A stretch of 64,000 nucleotides of DNA, from positions 1-64,000 of the IMG/VR virus record IMGVR_UViG_3300028840_002524; one strand, given 5' to 3'. Shown in pieces: positions 1 to 12,600 of the stretch. Numbering within the stretch: position 1 is the stretch's first letter; each line of letters starts with the position of its first letter. The stretch is from a virus. A program made the position numbers and the translations under genes. The notes under the pieces were generated by a model. That model worked only from the letters and a program-made list of their open reading frames with translations. It ran no database searches and was not told the origin of the DNA.

Positions 1-382
1 CCCTCACCCCCACACCCCCAGGACTGCGCAGTCCACCCCAAAGCGGCGCCCCCACCTAAAACGGCGCTGGCGACTCAAAAACATATAGACAGATAACCAA
101 TCCAACCCAACCCCAAACCAATCCTCCCATACCTGTGTGCAAGACCCATTGGCTGACCAGCAAAGAAGCAGGTGAATGTGCGGATGGCCGCGCAGGCGTG
201 GGTGCACGTAGAGAACCATACGAAAGACGCTCCTCGATCCTGACCCCATACAATCCCACTGAGCATACCGAGATCCGTGTGAAAGGGCCGTCCCCATACA
301 ACCAACCCGCAATCCACGCATCGTTTCGGGCGCAGGCGGGTGAATGCCATTCCCTGGGACCGGGACTGAAAAAAAATGAACG

Positions 383-486
383 ACTGTCGCTACCGACAGT
401 TAATTTTTTGGAGGACTGTCGCTACCGACAGTCCCGCCCTGGGAGCGCCGTCAAAAAAAAAATGAACGACTGTCGCTACCGACAGT
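383..486. repeat. Three clustered copies of the 18-bp palindrome ACTGTCG-CTAC-CGACAGT (383-400, 415-432, 469-486)
   Basis: Exact copies read from the sequence; two are preceded by AAAAAAATGAACG. Confidence 0.95.
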
Positions 487-666
487 GGATGCTTTTCCCT
501 TGACCGGCCCTGGGACCGGGGCGATGATTGAGGCGAGCTACCCGGCGCGGTCACCGACCACATAGCCCCGGGAAGCGACAACCGGCTCGGCTCCCCCTGG
601 GACCGGCAACGGCCCGAAGGGACCGAGAGGCGACTTTCGAGATCACCGATTTACGAGGTTGCACCC

Positions 667-3600
667 ATGACACGCTGCCAAGCCTGCGGCCATCCTTCCG
701 TATCCCTCGCCTGTACCTCCTGCGGCACCCTTGCCGAAAACGAGAACGGCCCATCCCTGGGCGGCGGTTGGGCGCCCCATCCATACGATCCCGTCTCGGG
801 TATCTGCTTCGAGATGCACGGCAAGCACCTGCTTCCCGGGGATGAGGTGCGCGTCCAGCTCAAGAACGGCCGCAAGGCCACGGGATATGTGGACTACGCC
901 AGCACGAGCAAGACCCTCTACCTGTGCAAAGAGCATACGCGGCGCACGTGGAAGCGCGGGGTCTGGGTGCAATTCAAGGCCGAGGACATCGCCTCGGTGG
1001 ACATCGTGAAGCTATCCGAGGGCGAGGAGCGGCCGTACGCGCTAACGCTCAGGTCCGAATCCCCCGTGATTGCGGACTGGATCAAAGAGGCGCCCGAGCG
1101 CACCCCCGGCCCGCAGCACGCCCACGAGAACAACAGCCGGGCCGTGACGTTCCCCTTCCGAAAGGGCCTCGAAAGCAAGCTCTTCCGCCTCTTCGAGGAG
1201 CCCATCGGCCTCGGATGCCCCTATCTGTACCGCCTGGAGCCCGACGGTATCCTCATCGCCGACGTGACCGAGGAAACCATCACCCTGTGGAAAACCAACG
1301 ATCCCGGCCGATACCTGGGGTTCGATCCGAGAGAAAATATCCTCGATCACCTCCAAAAAATGGGGAAATCGGGGGTGGTTTTGTTGGGGCGCAAGGACTT
1401 ACGTTCGACTGTCGGTAGCGACAGTCGTTCAATTTTTGAAAATGAACCCACGCCCGCGAGCGTACGCCAGCGGCGCGGCGGCACCTACAGAACCGGCGGA
1501 AAGGCCGGTCCCGCCCGTACAGTCGTGCGCGGATTCCGTTTCCAGGTGGGTGGGAAGAAAGCACGCGGCCGACAGGCCAAGAACAAGGAGAAACAGGCGG
1601 CCGCAAAGCGCGTGGGGAAGCGCGGCCTCGCAAGGCGCATCTCCGCAGCCAAGAAGTGGCACAGGTCCTCAAGGGGCGCGGCCTATCATCGAGCTTTGGG
1701 CGATTACAACCGGGAAAGCATGAAACTGCGGTCCCAGGGGTTGTCAAAGCGCCTTTTCGAGAACGGTCTTGACTACTTTTTCGGAGATCCAGTGCTGTGG
1801 GCCCTCGATAGCCGGTCCCAGGGGGTCCGCACAGTCGCCGCTGGAGACCTGATTTCGGGTCACCTGTCAAGCACCCCTATGGGGGTGGGGGTGAATCCCC
1901 TGGGACCGACCGGGATACCAGATATGTCCACGCACGGGGAAAATTTGGCGTATGGGGAAAATTCTGCCCTGGGTGAGGAGGAGTGGAAGCCGTCGAGGCT
2001 CGGCGTCATCAAACCCGGAATGCGGGTGGTCTCCCGTGTCGGGTGGGTGGGCACGGTTCTCAAGGTGGTGGAAACGTCGAGCAACCCGTACGCGGTCGTG
2101 AAGTGGGACAAGACGGGATCGACGGGGCGGCACACGGTCACGACCCTGCATCCCGTGGAAGAGGATATGTCCACGCACGGGGAAAATTCCGCCCTTTCCG
2201 CGTCGCAGATCCGTGAGGGCGACAGTCCTGAGCTTCTACGGGCCATCGACGATTTCGCCAGCGGAATCACGCGCAAGAAGCCCGGCGGGATGTACGGGGA
2301 GTACATTCGTGCCCTTGGTATCGCCATGATGCGCGGCGGTTCGGGGCCCGATGCGAAAGCGTGGTGGCGGGCAGACCCCAAGGGATTCGACCCGAACTAC
2401 GCCTCGTGGCTCCAGGGCGAGATCGAGAAGCTGTTCAAGCAGCACGGCCAGCCCGTGAAGAAGTTCACCCCCGTGAGCGAGTCGGAAGACCGCTCTGGCG
2501 AGTCCGCAGGCCCGCGAAGCGAAAGCGTCGCCGAAGGGTCCGACGTGGTGAGCGCGGTGCAGGCAGCCATGGTGCCCACAAGGCCCAAGCGCATGCGGAA
2601 CCCGCGCACCGGGAAGATGGGCACCCTTCGCGTCCCGAGGGAACCCTCGTTCGTCGAGGACTTCCGGCCCGAGTTCCCCGAGAACCACGAGATGCAGCGC
2701 AAGCTGGCCGGGCACATCACCAAGGGGGCGTCCGAGTGGCGCGAGGAGAAAGCGCCCAGGGTTCGCCTCCCCTCCGGGTGGAGTGTGAAGCGATGGACCT
2801 ACTGGCGGCGGGACTTCCCGGAGACCCCCATGCGCAAGGAGTCGCAGGCCCTCCTCATCGCGTACCAGGGGAAGCCCGTGTTCACATTGGACTTCCAAGG
2901 CCGCAGCCCGCACGCCCTCGGCGTCGTGAAGGGGTCGAAGGTCGAGCGGCACTACGGCGTGGTGCAGGACAGCACCACGGAGTTCCTGGAAGACCTTCGG
3001 GACACCATCGAGGACGCCGGGTCCGTAGGCGAGGCCGTGGACAGCGTTACGAGCTTCACCCCCGTGAGTGAGTCCGTGAGCGAGGCGGTTGACTATGAGG
3101 ATCCGAAATATGAGGACCTTGTGAGCTTCTTGCAGTCGGCGGGTCGTGAGGCGCTCCAGTATCCCAAGGACAAATGGAGCAGCGTGTACTTCAAAAACGT
3201 GAAAGCGCATCACGTGGCGGAAATCGACTTCCCCGCCTTTAACGCGGCGAAGCGGGGGGTCCGGGGGATCACGAAGGATATGTACGACCACGCCCTCGCC
3301 GGGGCCTTCGAGAACCTGCAAGACGAGATCGAGGGGGCCAGCTCGTTCGAGTGGGGCGATAAGGAGGGGTTCATTGGCCGGGATCCCAAGACGCAGGATT
3401 ACCGAATGTTCCCTGTCGATGAGAGCGTGAGTGAATCCGTGAACGAGGCGGTAGGTCGGGACGCTTTCCACATCTGGCACATCACGGGCGCGAGCAACGC
3501 CAAGGCCATCCAGTCGGGCGGGTTCAAGCCCATGCCCACGAGCAAGGGACCGGGGGTATCGGTGGCCGTGCACCCGGCTGCGGCCCGGGGCCTTTTGCGG

Positions 3601-6600
3601 ACGGCGCAGCGCATGTTCTCGTTCCGGACCTTCGAGGACATGAAAGCGTGGTTCGTGGAGATGGGCGCGGACCCCGACGACCCCAAGTGGGGCAGGGTGG
3701 GGAACGAAGGTGATCCTGCGCGGGCGTACGTCAGTGCCATGTCCCTGTTTCACCCGGCCGTGGGTGGCAGCGCGACCAAGATCCCGAGGAATGAGTTCCT
3801 TTGGGCCGACATCGGGAAGAACCTGCATCGACAGGGGCCGCCGTTCGTGGCCGTCGAGGTCATCGGCAGTGACATGGACTTCGACGCCTATTCCGGATAC
3901 GAGGCCCTGTTCGACAAGCTTGCCGACGCCTACAAGCGGTTCTCGCCCAAGTCCATCGAGGCCGAGGTGTTCCTCGACGGCCGGGACATCGGGATCATGA
4001 ACGAGGTGTGGGACGAGCTGTACGTGGACATCAACAAGACCCCCGAGAAGATCCGCGAATCCCTCTCGGAAGGTGGGTGGTGGAACCCCAAGGAGATGAG
4101 CACCGAAGAGCTCCAGAAGGAACTCGCGGACATCGAGCGCGACTACGGGCGGAACCTCACCATGAGCGGCGGGGCCGTGGACCGTCGGCGCGGGACCATG
4201 ATCAACAAGATGCGCGAGATCAAGCGCGAATTGCAGAGCCGTGGGGTGCGGACGGAATCCGAGGTGATGGACATCGGTTTCCTCCAGGCCAAGGACCCCT
4301 ACACCGTCAAGTACGCCTGGAAACGGCGCGGGCCGATCAAGGTCGTGACGGTGGACGGGAAACGGGCCGCTGAGGAGTTTCTCGCCAGCGTGAAGCGGGA
4401 CGGCGGGAACGGGATGATCGTCAAGGGCGTGAAAGAGTCGGAAGGACCGCGAAGCGAGAGCGTTGTGGCGGAGGAGAAGTACGGAGTGTACCGGGTCTAT
4501 GTCCGCTACGGGAAGTACGGAGACAAGAAGCCGGTCCCCTACTATCTGGCAGGGACGCCATCCAGCATCCGCGAGCTGTTCGCCGATCCCGAGACGGCGG
4601 AGTACGACGAGGACGATAACAAGCTCATGCCGTACAAGATGGCGTGGGAACGCCCTGCTCGCTCTGAGGAGTCGGCCGTCACCGAAGCGAAGGAATACGT
4701 CCTTTGGGGGCTTCCCAAGGGCTCGAAGGATCAGATCGACGCCAAGGTGCTTCTCTCGAACGGGCGCAGCATGCGCGACATCGAGAAGGTCAAGAAGCTG
4801 GCCGGGCGCGACGGGTGGCACACGTTCCGGGTCCAGGTGATCGACCTCTCGAAGCCCTTCGACGCGGGTGCCGCGTTCGCCGGGGCCGTCGGCGAAGCCG
4901 TCAAGGGAATGAAGAACCTCACCTTCCTGCTCAACAAGCCCGAGGCGCCCATCGAGATGCGCGGCCGGTCGAAGAAGGGCTACATGGCCGTTTTCAAGGA
5001 GGGGAAGCACTACAAGGTGGCGCACGTGCCCACGGGCCTCGTGGCCTCCCCGCCCTTCCGCCTGCAAGCGGACGCGGCGGCTCTGGCCGTCCAGATCGAG
5101 GAGGAACTCGGGTCGAAACTCGACTTCCCGGCGGATCGGAAGCCCACCGATGTTCTCAAACGCATCGCGGACATCGTGATCGAGTACCGGATGGGCAAGC
5201 CCTTCGGCTACTGGGAGAGCGACGAGGACGGCGTGGCACCCCTGTTCGAGGGCCTTTTCGAGAGCTACAAGGCCGGGTGGATGAAGCTCACCCCCGCCGA
5301 GAAAAAGACCATGATCGAGGTGGTCAGGGCGCAGTACAAGACGCGCAGGAACGTCCCCTCGCAGCCCTACCGGGATGACTACGCGCCCATGCGCCGGGCG
5401 TTCGGCGTTCCCGCCGCCCTGGAACACAGCGGAGAGGAGCTGCCCGATCACTACTACGAAGCGTTCCGGTGGGCGTGGCAGATGGTCCAGCGCGGGGCCG
5501 ACCCCGACAAGTCCATCCCGGGAAAGATCGTGTACGAGGGCCTTTCCGAGAGCGGAGTTACGGTCAGGTACATGGGCGGTGAGCGCAGGCGTGGCCGGGG
5601 CGGCCTCCGTGGGCGCTCCATGGGCCGTGGCCCGGCCTCCTATCCGTTCGAGTTCGACCGGGGAATGGAAGATGTGGTATCCGAGCTGCGCACCTACCTC
5701 AAGGGGAAGCGGTTCAAGACCGATAACGTCGATTCGCTGACGTTCCTCGTGGGCCGTAAGGGCGCCACGGCCGCCGTCGCGTGGCTGAAAGACAAGGGGG
5801 TCCCCATCGACTACGACCTCCAGGATATGTCCGGGCCCGGCGAGGCCAAGCCTTTCGAGAGCATCCAGGAGGCCCTCCCTCGCGGGTTCAGCGTCGAGGT
5901 CGTGCAGTCGCGGAAGAACCCCGACTGGATCAAGGTGTCCGTGGAGGGCGACTTCCGGGGCGAGCGCGTGTACGGCGAGACGCAGCCCTTCCACATCGGG
6001 ATCAGCAAGCCCACCAGGAGACTCGTGGGCCAGATCACGCAGGCCGCGTTCAAGCGGGGCGAGTACGGGAAGGGCGTGCCCATGGGCCTCCAGGGCAAGC
6101 TCGAAGCCGCCGTCCTCGACGCCCTTGAGAAACACGCGGTCGAGAGGGGCATCTCGTACGCGCACCTCGAAGGGCTCGCCGAGGCCACCCGCAGGCCAAA
6201 GAAGCCCAGGGGCACCAAGACCAAGAAATTCGTGATGTACTTCCCCACCGAGCAGGACGCCATCGACTACGCCAGGGCGTTCGGCTTCAAGCCGGGGGAG
6301 ACGCGGGAGGAGAAACTCGGGTGGACCGTGGACGTGCGCCGGGGCGGCCCGGCCATGCGGTCCGATTTCATCTATACCGAGCCCAACCCTGACTTTGAGA
6401 CGTTCCTCCGGGCGTGGGTGGGCGAGCACCACGGACCGGCCATGGCCGACAGGGTGGCCGACGACTACCTGCGGATCTTCGCGGGGGCCAAGAAACCCAC
6501 GCCTTTCGAGGAGCGGCAGGCCGCCTCCATGAAGAAGCTCTACAAGGACCAGTACGGCAAGGAGCCGGGGCGCGTGAAAGCGCCCAAGGGGTCCGCAGCG

Positions 6601-9600
6601 GCGGCGCGGTTCAGGCTGCCAAGGGGCGTGCGCGTGCCCGGCGGAATGTACGCGGTGGGCCTCGCGGCCGGTCCGAACAAGGACTACCACCGGGGTTCCT
6701 GGAACGCCGAAGTGTACATCCCGCTCACGTTCGAGGTGGTGAGCACCACGGACGCGGCGGTGGACGCCGTGCACAGGTTCACAGGAAAGAACGATCTCGG
6801 CGGGAGCAACTTCTTCGAGCCGAACCGGCCCAACGGCACCCGGGCAGCCCGGAACGACCGGGCCGGGATCGTGTTCGACTCGGGCGGAATGGCTGTGGGA
6901 CGGGTCACCTACGGGGGCACCTTCATCCCCGCCGACTCACCCGGGTTCATGCGCGAGGGCCTCGAAGAGGCTGGAAAGGGACGGGCGCAGGTCATTCGAG
7001 GGATCCAGGCCGAACTCACCAAGATCATGAAGGACTTCGAGCGCGGGAAGTACAAGTCCCAGTACGACGATGTGGACGCCGTGGACGTGCACCTCCAGGT
7101 GCTCAACGGCAAGTGGAAGGTGTGGGTGGGCGAGGTTCCCGCCTCGGAGCGGCGGAAAGGGTACTGGACCTCCGAGGACTCCTGGTACTCCGTGAGCGAC
7201 GGCGAGTCGGCCAACGACCTAAAGGTCACGGCCGAGGAGATGTTCTACGACCTCGTGGGCAGGTACAGCGGCAAGTTCGAGGAGTCCGCGCCCATCGCCG
7301 AGTTCGAGCCCAGGCTCAAGCTCCCGGCCGATCCCACCGACCGGCCCAGAACCTACAAACCCAACAGAAGCGAGAAAAGCGTCATTCGCCGCACGGTGCG
7401 CGACGCCCTGGCGGTGACCTACTTCGACTCCGTGAATCAGGCCGTGTCCACCGTGGGCGACGCCATCGGGCGCCTCGGGTACCAGTTTGACGAACCCCTC
7501 TCGGGGCGGCAGCCCAAGCGGCCGGGCGAGACCGGCCGGGTGGCGCTGCATCTCCAGCGCATGACCAACGACCCCTACTGGCCCCTCGACCTGACCACAG
7601 GTCCGGTCCAGTTCACCTTTTACGTCATGCCGAACGGCAAGGTCGAGGCGGTGGGCTACTACACCGAGGGCGCCGAGGAGCGCCCCAACCCGGTCGTGGA
7701 GGGGATCAACGATCCTCACATCTTCAAGGCCGTATTCCTTGCGGGCGGCCCGGGTTCGGGCAAATCCTTCATTGCGAACCAGATGTTCAAGGGCACCGGG
7801 CTCAAGTTCCTGAACAGCGACCTCGCGTTTGAGCACCTGCTCACCAAGCGGGACCTCCCATTCGACATTAACCCGGACAACGAGGAGGTTTACGCCAAGC
7901 AGATGCAGGCCCGGGGCCGCGCCAAGGAGCTCACCAAGCTGCGGCGTCAGCTCTGGCTCGACGGGATGCTCGGGCTCGTGGTGGACGGAACGGGGAAAGA
8001 CTACGACAAGATCGCCAAGATGGCGACCAACCTCAAGGGCCTCGGGTACGACACGAGCATGGTGTTCGTGAACACGTCCCTCGACGTGGCCCACCAGCGG
8101 AACAAGGACCGGAAGCGGTCCGTCCCGGCCGACGTGGTGAACGATTCGTGGAGGCAGGTCCAGTCCAATATGGGCAAGTTCCAGGCGTTCTTCGGGAGCA
8201 AGAACTTCAAGATCGTGGACAACAGCAAGCCCCTCGACAAGCAGGGCATCCAGGAGCTGGGGGTGAACCTGCGCCGGGCGGCCATGAAGATGACCGACGG
8301 ACCCATCGAGAACCCCGTGGGGCAGGCCATCGTGAACACCCTGCACAAGACCGGCGGAAAAACCATGAGCGACATCGCCAACGCCCAGACCGAGGCGGCC
8401 GCGAGGATGCACGGGTACCTTGGCACGTTCATCGCCGAGTTCAGGGGCCTCGACAGCGCCGCCCTCCGGGTCCTTCTGGCCGAGACCACGGTGGACGCAG
8501 AGGTCCGGGAGATCATGGAACTTCGGAAAGACCTCGCCAAGGCGGAGGCCGAGGGCGACGAGACCAAGGTGGCGGGCATTCGGTACGCCCTCGGGATGGC
8601 CGAGGCCGCGCTGGAGGTCGCCCAGGGCGAGGAGGGCCTGGAAGCGGAGGAAGAGCTCCAGGACATGGGGGTTACGTTCTACAAGGAGGGACGGCCATCG
8701 ACGGTGATGGGGCCCTATCCGACGGTTTCGGCCGCCATGCTCGCGGCTGACCGGGTGTATCCCGTGGAAATAGGGGAACCGTGGGGAGATACCATCGACT
8801 CTCGCCAGCGGCGCGAGACGGTGGACGGCTATGTCGAGACCATGCCGTGGGTTACGGCCGAGGTCCTCAGCGTGGAGCCCGGTGTGGTCATGTACCACGA
8901 GGGTTCCGTGGGGGCGTCCCTCGACAGGGGCCTCCTCGAAGGGCTGCGCACCCGCGTGCGCCCCGTGGCCGACCCGTTCCTCCTCCCCGAGGGGGTCACG
9001 GCGGCACAGAAAGCGGTGGTAAAGGACCTCCGTAAGTTCTTCAAGAAAAAGAAGATAAAGGTCCGGTACAAGAGCCTCGCCACCCAGGGGCCGTGGGTCG
9101 AGGTCAGGGTGGACCAGGGGAAGGACTTCAAACCGTGGCTGAGTGGGGCAGAGCTCAAGAACTTTCCCGATGACATCCGGTCCACGGCCGTGCAGGTCCT
9201 CGGGGGCGCCCCGGGGCAACTCTCCTACGGGAACGCCCAGGGGAACATGATCGCCATGTTCCCGGAGCGGTGGTGGGACTTCCTCACCCGCATGGGCGAG
9301 AAGGTCACGCCGGTGGCCGAATCGGTGGGTGTGATGGACCTCTCGGGGGTGCAATCCATCCTCAAGGGGGCCGGGGGCAAGATCGAGCACGCGGCCGAGA
9401 AGCTAGCCGAGCTCTGGGTCAACGCGGCCGGGGCGGTCGCCCTGTTCATGAGTTACGCCCAGAAAGCCGGGGTTACCGTCGAAGTGGCCCGGAAAGCGGC
9501 GGGCGTGCTCTCGGGCATGACCGAGGCGGAGATCGAGGAGGCAATGCCCTCCTGGGGGTACACGGGCGGAACACCTGTGGGCGTGCCGCGCACAAGGGGG

Positions 9601-12600
9601 CGCAAGACGTTCCCGAGCGAGCGTCAGATCAAGATCGCGGCCAAGCAGGCCGGGACCTCGTACGAGGACGCCTGGGTGATCGCCCGAGACTACTTCGCGT
9701 ACGCCATCCCCATCAACCAGATCATCAAGACGCATCCGGGCATGGCACCGGCGGAGGTCACCGGGGTGGTGGCCTACCTCCTGACCAAGTTCGAGCAGCC
9801 CACCGGGCACCGCAGGGAGGGCCTCGTGCACCTCTCGGCGGCCATCACCGAGGCGTGGTACGACGTGGAGCAGCGGTCCATCTCGCGCTGGCGTGAAGCC
9901 ACGGAGCGGATCGGCAACATGCTCAAGTCCAAGCAGACGGTGTACGCGATCACGGCCGCCCTGGATTCGGCTGCCGAGGACGCGGTGAAGGAGGCCCAGA
10001 CCCTCCGAGGGGCCGAGAAGGAGGCATTCCTCGACCTGGGCGCCCGCTACATCGCAATCGCCCAGACCCTCAAGGCGTCGAAGCCCTACGCGGACGCCAT
10101 GAAGGAGCTCCTCCAGGTGGAGGTGGCTCTCGATTTCCTGGAGGGGATGCTCACCGGCGAGGCCAAGAACGCCTTTGAACACCTCATCAAGGACGGGTAC
10201 GACACGGACCGCTTCGTGCCGGTCGTGGCCGTCGGCGAGGAGGTCGGGCAGGCTGGCCTGGGCTGGACCGACGGGGAGGCGACCCTCTGGGAATCCTACG
10301 TTGTCCACCGGGGAATCCTGGAAAGCAAGGAGTACCGCGACAAGGACGGCGTGGAATACGAGCAGTTCTCCGAGGGCGGGGACGTGTACGTGTTCAACCG
10401 GATCTTCCCGGGCAGCATCCAGATTTTCACGCCCCTGGGCGAGGAGATCAGGCCCGACACCTGCGGCGTGTGCGGAAGCACCCCGGCGGGGGAGATGTAC
10501 CACGGGCCGAAGCTGTGCGCCGACTGCCACGCGGTGGTCTCCGAGAAGATCAAAGCCGAGAAGGAGCCCCGGGAAGGGCTGCACACGGCGACGGCCAAGA
10601 AGTGGTGCGAGGAGGCCGGGGTAGGCAAACGCCGCAAAAGCGGCAAAGATCGCATCGAGAACATGGCCGACATTCTTTCCAAGGCCAAGGGCAAGTACGC
10701 CGAGGCGGTGAGCGAGCGCAGCGTCGTGGAAGTCATCGCTCGGCAGGTGGACAAGGGCAGGATCACGGCCGAGGTCGCCGAGCGGCTTCTCACCGAGGCC
10801 GAGCTGCCCACGGACGTGCCCCGGCGCATCCTGCTCCCGACCGAGCCGGTGGACCACGACTTCGAGACGGCCGAGGCCATCGAGGACTGGTTCGAGGACT
10901 GCCGGGAGACGTTCAGGTTCGACAGCCGGGAAGCCATGCCCCACGGCGTGGCCTACTTCGGCGAGAACGAGGTCGTGGTCGTGGCCTACGACCATCTCCT
11001 CTCGGAGGACGCCCGCGACGCGGTGATCCAGGCGGCCGATGCGCAGCGCGTATGGGACGGGCTCATTCCCGTCGGCGATGCCAGCACGCCGTTCCACTCT
11101 CTCCTCGTGCGGGAGGGGGAGGCCGATCTCGTGCGGGCCCAGGGATTCACGACGGAGCACCGCACCGACCTCGAAAAGCGTAGGCGCGTGCGGTTCATCC
11201 AGGCCGGGGTCGAGAACTTCGTGCCCGGGTCCGTCAAGACGGCATACCTCTCGGACGGGACCGAGATCACCTTCGGGACGCCGACGGCCGAGAAGGACGC
11301 CCTCCTTGCCAAGGCGTGGGAGGAGTTCGACGGGACCGTCAGCGGGAAGGACCCCCTCGAAGTCGAGGAGGGGCTTTTCCGCCACTACACCGGCGCCCCG
11401 AGCGGCCTGGGCGAGGCCGCCGACGCCGCTCTCCAGAAGGTCACAGCCCTGGACAACGCCACCGTGAGCGAGGCCCCGGCTCTGTGGGCCCGGCTCCAGA
11501 CGGAGGGAACCCGGGTTCAGTCGATCATCTTCCCGGCCGACAAGAACGAGAAGGAGGCGACGGAGGGGGCGTCGGCCCTCGGGTACACGCCCGTGGAGGT
11601 GGGGAAGGTGGAGCGGAACGTCCGTGTCGGCGTGCGCGAGCCCGTGGTCGGGGCGCCCACCAGGGCGCTCTCATTCGGAGAGGGGATCACCGTGATCCTC
11701 CAGGGGGCGCAGGAAAACACGGTCCGAGTCTACGACGATCCGTACGAACCGGAACGCCTCCTCCGGGAGATCGCCCTCCACAACCTCGTGGAAGGGGCCG
11801 ACAAGGTAGCCCCCATGGGGCCGCGATCCTGGGCCCTGGGCTATCCCGACAACAGCGCCTCCCTCCTCGTGTACTTCCCGAGGCACGGGATCGCCCGGAT
11901 GTTCACCCGGGAGGACCTGGGCATCCGGTTCGAGGGGGAACTCAGCGAGCAGGTCACGGGCATGCCGGTGGCGCCGCCCGAGACCGAGGCCGAGTCCATG
12001 GACCAGAAGCTCGACAGCATCGTGCGCAAGCTCGTGCTGAACGGCAGCCTCGACGCCCTCCAGGATGTGGCGTTCGACGATGACACGGGGTCCATTTACC
12101 TGTTCTTCTCGGCCGCCATCACGAGGGAGGAAGCCGAGGACATCACCCAGGACCTCGGCAACGAGTACCAGCAAACGCGGCTCGTGGCGTCGCCCGATCA
12201 GTCCCTCGACGGCGAGGTGGGAGAGTCCGATTGGTGGGTTGTGTTCGTGCCGGGCGAGGACGAAACGGGCGCCCCGGGCGAGCCCGACCCCACGCGGTGG
12301 GGCGCCACCAAGGTGCCCGAGCAACAACCGCAGGGCCTCTCCCAGTTCATGGACAAGGACGCGGTGCAGTCCATCGCCAAGGGTGTCAGCCTGGACAAGG
12401 CCATCGACGCCCTCACAACCGAGAGCCTCGCCGAGGTGGACTTCAATCCCCTCTCGTTCGCGCTGGCGTTCGCCGCGCACCACGGCCTCGACGAAACGTC
12501 CCTCGCCTCCTCTCCTCTCGCGCCGGGGACCGTGTTCCTGACGGTGAAGAACGAGGCGGGCACAATGAAGCGCGTTGACTTCTCAGCCCCGGGAGTGGGC

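Noticed and set aside
383-486. Possible mini CRISPR array
   Set aside because: The repeat is only 18 bp, spacing is irregular (14 and 36 bp), copies are dispersed elsewhere, and no cas genes are present.
2236-6774. 1512-aa minus-strand ORF and other long antisense ORFs (7219-9390, 24248-26500, 43847-46822 and others)
   Set aside because: Shadow ORFs caused by the high-GC codon bias of the + strand genes; no motifs or RBS, and they fully overlap well-supported genes.
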